Virus record (IMG/VR): IMGVR_UViG_3300027917_000060
Coordinates: 1 to 51,243 of that record
Length of the DNA stretch: 51,243 bases
From: a virus
Lineage: Duplodnaviria > Caudoviricetes
Direction: 5' to 3' (one strand)
Shown here in pieces: positions 47,792 to 51,243 of this stretch. The notes under the pieces were generated by a model. That model was not told the origin of the DNA and did no database searches. It was given only the letters and a program-made list of their open reading frames with translations. Both the position numbers and the translations under genes were made by a program. Numbering within the stretch: the first letter of the stretch is position 1; each line of letters opens with the position of its first letter.

Positions 47792-48358
47792 ATGAAAGCT
47801 GGTGATTTCGTCAAGACAATGGGAAACAAGCGAGGGGTTGTGGTCAAGATAGTCCCGACGATCGGCACCAACATGGTGCTCGTGCAGACGCTCACAGACA
47901 GTCGGTGGTACCGCGAGCAGGATCTTCAGCCGGTTATCATTGGCGCAGCGCGCAGGATCACTAACGTGGACAAGCGGCGCAAGGAAGTCAGGGAGGCGAT
48001 AAAGCGCGCCGGACTCCCCATCGGAGGTGAGTGTGATCCTGATGATGCGCAGTGCGAGGCGTCAGAGCCCACTCACACGCGTATACCGAAGATACGCTTC
48101 TCCAGCGATCCCTGGGACCTCGGGCCTTCAACGATGCCAACGCCTCCGCCCCCCGCATCAACGCAAGATCCTAGCTCGTTGCCCAATGAGGGGCGCACGA
48201 TCACGGACTTCAACGAGCAAGCCGACGCGCCCATGGGCCAGTCCACCATCGCCCAAGACGCAGACGACGGGATCGAGTGCATTGACAACGAGGACTACGG
48301 CGGTGCACGCGAGGCGCTCGTCGACATTCGTGACAAAGCAGCGAAGAAGGGCGTCTAG
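47792..48358 (+). CDS. Hypothetical protein with N-terminal KOW/SH3-like barrel
   Basis: AAGGAGG RBS; MKAGDFVK...GVVVKI...VLV...RWY....L pattern. Confidence 0.65.
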   Translation: MKAGDFVKTMGNKRGVVVKIVPTIGTNMVLVQTLTDSRWYREQDLQPVIIGAARRITNVDKRRKEVREAIKRAGLPIGGECDPDDAQCEASEPTHTRIPKIRFSSDPWDLGPSTMPTPPPPASTQDPSSLPNEGRTITDFNEQADAPMGQSTIAQDADDGIECIDNEDYGGAREALVDIRDKAAKKGV

Positions 48359-48398
48359 ACTAGGCGCCTAGAACATAGTAACGTCTAGGAGGACGTAC

Positions 48399-49016
48399 AT
48401 GAAAGAGATCACCATAACGCGGGCCATGGCGGCGCTCAAGATCAACGAGGACAAGATTGCCAAGCGTAGGCAGTTTCAGCTGGCGTACCTGATTCGCGAG
48501 TCCGACCGAGTCGACCCCATCAGGGCCGAGGGTGGAAGCGAAGGGTACATTCAGCGCTTGGGGCAGTCCATCAATGATCTGATCGCAGAGCGCCTCGCTG
48601 TCAAGCGAGCCATCGCCGTCGCGAACATGCGGCATGAACTCACGTTGCCGATGAACCCAGCGGCACCACGTCGTGTCACCCGCTCGATCCACGACTGGCT
48701 CGTGTGGCGCAACCAGATCGCCAAGCCCACGCGGGACCACCTGATCGCAATGGCGAAGATGATTCAGCAAGCGCGCTTCGGCACCGTGCGTGATCGACTG
48801 CAGTCGTTTGCTCAGCGGCGCTCTGTCACGGAAGCTGAGGACGCAAAGAAGGACATCGCCGTCAACATCGACGAGGAGAAGCTCAACGAAGAGATCGAAC
48901 TCATCACGCACATCTTGCAGGAGCTGGATGGCGAGCTGAGCCAGTTCAACGCAACTCATACGGTGAAGGTGGGGGAGACGCTCGACACGATCGAGGACCT
49001 CGACCGGCGACAATAG
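48399..49016 (+). CDS. Coiled-coil hypothetical protein (DIP1984-like pattern)
   Basis: AGGAGG RBS; TITRAMAALK N-terminus, K.AI..AN, and LD..LS.FNATH C-terminus. Confidence 0.65.
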   Translation: MKEITITRAMAALKINEDKIAKRRQFQLAYLIRESDRVDPIRAEGGSEGYIQRLGQSINDLIAERLAVKRAIAVANMRHELTLPMNPAAPRRVTRSIHDWLVWRNQIAKPTRDHLIAMAKMIQQARFGTVRDRLQSFAQRRSVTEAEDAKKDIAVNIDEEKLNEEIELITHILQELDGELSQFNATHTVKVGETLDTIEDLDRRQ

Positions 49017-49026
49017 CAAGGAGGAA

Positions 49027-49710
49027 ATGAACATGAGTGGAAGACGAGGATTGACGGTAGGCGTAGGCACCCACGAAGTGCACGTGCCCGAGAAGTGGCT
49101 GGGGGCCATACTGTTCATTGTGGCTAGCGCTCTGATACTGAGTCGTGTGCTCGCTGCCGAGTGCCAAGACGTGCAGATCCGTGGCATCTACGACGGGCCT
49201 GACCCGATGTGGCCGGTGATGCGCGTGTGCGTGCCTGAGTGCGGTGGTATTGACGTGTTGCCTACGTTCGCGCCACTACGCACGATCGAGGGCGTCGAGG
49301 AGTTCGAGGTCGAAGAGGTACGCAGCGTGCCTGACATTGTGCTCCTGCTCGACCCTGACGAGATCGAGAGCATGGCACTGTCACGTGACTCACGCAGCTA
49401 CAACACAGGCTGCTCGAACGTGTTTGATTGCGTGAGCACGGCGTACGACAACTGCGCAGGACAACGCGCACACGCACGCATGGTCGTGTACGTCGAGAGC
49501 GGTGGTGAGAACGCGTGCACGTGGCAGTGTAGTAACAATCGTGCGGGGCGGTTGGCGTGCGATGTTGAGGAGCAAATGCCCACATCGGACGGATGCAACC
49601 CGCAGCTTGCGTACCCGCAGTGCCATCCATGCTTCGTCGGGCCAGTGCAGCCAGGAGCGTGCGACACGCCCGACCCTGGCGGAGTGGCTGCCCCAGTGAG
49701 TGCACAATGA
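49027..49710 (+). CDS. Cys-rich secreted or membrane-anchored protein
   Basis: AAGGAGG RBS; hydrophobic signal-like segment followed by 13 Cys. Confidence 0.65.
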   Translation: MNMSGRRGLTVGVGTHEVHVPEKWLGAILFIVASALILSRVLAAECQDVQIRGIYDGPDPMWPVMRVCVPECGGIDVLPTFAPLRTIEGVEEFEVEEVRSVPDIVLLLDPDEIESMALSRDSRSYNTGCSNVFDCVSTAYDNCAGQRAHARMVVYVESGGENACTWQCSNNRAGRLACDVEEQMPTSDGCNPQLAYPQCHPCFVGPVQPGACDTPDPGGVAAPVSAQ

Positions 49711-49898
49711 AGCTGCTCGTCACGGCAGGCTGGGAAGACTCCAACGGTGAGTGGGTCGAGAACAGCGACGTGCTCACGATCGAGACGGGCATGTACACCG
49801 ACCTTGCTCGCTTCATCGAGACGCACTTCGAGCGCGAGCGTCCTCGAACGACAACAGCCCAAGAAGTACAACAAGTCATCGATATTCGTAAAGCTTAG
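49707..49898 (+). CDS. Hypothetical protein (63 aa)
   Basis: ATGA overlap; MKLLVTAGWEDSNGEW... Confidence 0.55.
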   Translation: MKLLVTAGWEDSNGEWVENSDVLTIETGMYTDLARFIETHFERERPRTTTAQEVQQVIDIRKA

Positions 49899-49903
49899 AA
49901 GAT

Positions 49904-50083
49904 GGACTCCCACGCGAGTGACTCGGAAGCACCACGAGCGTGCCGTTCCCCTGGTGCTCGCTGGCACACAGGCTCGCGTACTCCAGCGAACGGTCAGAAC
50001 GAGTACGCCTCGCTTGAGCGCTAGCACTCAGGCGTGGAGAGTTCTAGGCATGCGCACAGGCCCCTAGACCCTGTGTGCGTGCC
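49904..50083 (+). ncRNA. Candidate structured RNA upstream of the tRNA cluster
   Basis: Dense complementary segments, including a possible pseudoknot and a 14-bp hairpin at 50047-50083. Confidence 0.4.
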
Positions 50084-50086
50084 GCT

Positions 50087-50160
50087 GGAGCGTTAGTGTA
50101 ATGGCTAACACGCCGGGCCGTAACCCCGCAAATCCAGGTTCGAGTCCTGGGCGCTCCACC
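50087..50160 (+). tRNA. Atypical tRNA, nominal anticodon GTA (Tyr), with C33 and a short variable loop
   Basis: GGAGCGT/GCGCTCC acceptor, A73, GTGT/ACAC D-stem, loop CCGTAAC, CCAGG-TTCGAGT-CCTGG T-arm. Confidence 0.8.
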
Positions 50161-50235
50161 GGGGCGGTGGTGTAATGGGAAGCACTAGAGATTGTGATTC
50201 TCTCAGCGCCGGTTCGACTCCGGCCCGTCCCTCCA
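50161..50235 (+). tRNA. tRNA with GTG anticodon (His), lacking encoded G-1 and carrying U73
   Basis: GGGGCGG/CCGTCCC acceptor, AGAGA-TTGTGAT-TCTCT anticodon arm, T-CCA end. Confidence 0.85.
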
Positions 50236-50253
50236 TTAACATGCTCAACATTA

Positions 50254-50369
50254 TGCCCGAACATGACCCTACCGGCGGACTGTGTCTTGACCTGTCTTCG
50301 AGACTGGTGTGCGTAGACCCGTTCAATGTCACCGGAACCAACCAACGCCACTGTCGTGTTCGGGCACCA
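50254..50369 (+). ncRNA. Candidate structured RNA with a long closing stem and ACCA end
   Basis: TGCCCGAACATGAC/GTCGTGTTCGGGCA followed by CCA; internal GTCT-TCG-AGAC hairpin. Confidence 0.5.
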
Positions 50370-50371
50370 AG

Positions 50372-50456
50372 ATGCCCCCGTCGCATTTCTGTTAACCGAT
50401 GGAGTACCCCCAAGCTACACACACGGTAAACGAGTTCTTGACCGCGATGGGGGCAT
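50372..50456 (+). ncRNA. Candidate structured RNA with a 13-bp closing stem
   Basis: ATGCCCCCGTCGC/GCGATGGGGGCAT enclosing 59 nt. Confidence 0.45.
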
Positions 50457-50543
50457 TTACTTTTCGTAGGAGACACGTTAAGCTATACGCCGTAATCAAA
50501 TCTGCTTTCAGGTGCGAAGTGGGAAGAGGCGTGAGAACTACTA

Positions 50544-50618
50544 GATGATATAGCTCAATTGGTAGAGCACCAGACCATAAATCTGGCGTTCCGGGTTCGA
50601 TTCCCGGTATCCTCGCCA
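50544..50618 (+). tRNA. Atypical tRNA, nominal anticodon ATA (Tyr), with C33 and G73
   Basis: GATGATA/TATCCTC acceptor (one mismatch), GCTC/GAGC D-stem, CCAGA-CCATAAA-TCTGG anticodon arm, G-CCA end. Confidence 0.8.
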
Positions 50619-50629
50619 TAGGGGATCTT

Positions 50630-50718
50630 TCAAAGTTCAAAGTTCACACGCTCAAAGCTCACACCTATCAAAGCTCAGCCCTGGATATGATGAAGGGGCA
50701 TTCAAAGCTCAAAGTTCA
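50630..50718 (+). repeat. Six copies of TCAAAGYTCA
   Basis: Copies start at 50630, 50637, 50652, 50668, 50702 and 50709. Confidence 0.85.
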
Positions 50719-50869
50719 TGTCAAATCCAACGCTTACCTGGCTACGATGGAGACATCGTAGACACGCGACTTGCGCAGCGTGTTCCCAGGGTGTTGGCTG
50801 CAGTTGGAAGCAGAGACATTACGCCGCGAAACGACACGAAACGTCCGAACGAAAGGAAGGAGAACAGTA

Positions 50870-51109
50870 ATGCAGCAAAGTACCACTCCCGTGTGGAACG
50901 TGAGTTTCATCCTGAAAGCCACGTTCGTCATGGAACAGGCTGGCTTCACCGACGAGGTGATCGTGCAGCCGGTGCAGGTGTCCGCACCCTCCGAGGCCGG
51001 CGCCGTCACGCAGCTGCTCATGGACGACGACATCCATGGCAAGCTGGCGCAGTACGAGAAGGACAAGGGGCGCATCGTCCCTATCGTCATCTGTGTCGCA
51101 AACCCTTAG
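50870..51109 (+). CDS. Hypothetical protein (79 aa)
   Basis: AAGGAG RBS before MQQSTTP. Confidence 0.65.
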   Translation: MQQSTTPVWNVSFILKATFVMEQAGFTDEVIVQPVQVSAPSEAGAVTQLLMDDDIHGKLAQYEKDKGRIVPIVICVANP

Positions 51110-51243
51110 GCGGAGGCGCGGCCAAGAGTGCGCCAACGCGGATCGCCGAGGCGCGCCGCGCTGTAGAGCGTGGGCTTCGTAAGCAGCCCAAGAGCCCTTA
51201 CGATCGCCTTGCACGCAAAGCCCGCCAGCCTGACGAAGCGGAC

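Noticed and set aside
50236-50660. Theta/HDV-like ribozymes directly 3' of the tRNAs
   Set aside because: I could not fit the nested double-pseudoknot pattern immediately after any tRNA end by eye.
50630-50718. CRISPR or mini-array interpretation of the short repeats
   Set aside because: The units are 10 nt, overlapping or irregularly spaced, with no spacer-sized unique segments and no cas genes.
1-51243. Genome-wide stop-codon reassignment
   Set aside because: Genes are full length in code 11; TAA, TAG and TGA all serve as coupled stops; no suppressor-anticodon tRNA was seen.

Overview
The window is part of a GC-rich tailed phage genome with podovirus-like organisation and no host genes. 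The minus strand (about 43.3 kb to 1) carries a tightly coupled late operon: putative TerS, HNH, TerL, small basic proteins, portal, scaffold, N4-gp56-type major capsid, adaptor, nozzle, tail fibres, four ejection/internal virion proteins, and lysis genes including an amidase endolysin. An 8-kb, 10-gene glycan-building cassette is inserted between the capsid and adaptor genes. It encodes six glycosyltransferase-like proteins including an RGP/GT75-like one, a B12-dependent radical SAM enzyme, a SAM methyltransferase and a deacetylase-like protein. The cassette appears to have its own promoter and begins with a 94-nt tRNA-like RNA that lacks a normal anticodon arm. An AT-rich 340-bp dyad-symmetric element separates the late operon from a divergent plus-strand run of small early-type ORFs. 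That run includes a tRNA/ncRNA cluster with several non-canonical tRNAs and unexplained structured RNAs. No polymerase, helicase or integrase is recognisable in this window. All calls come from motif reading and synteny; no database search was run.
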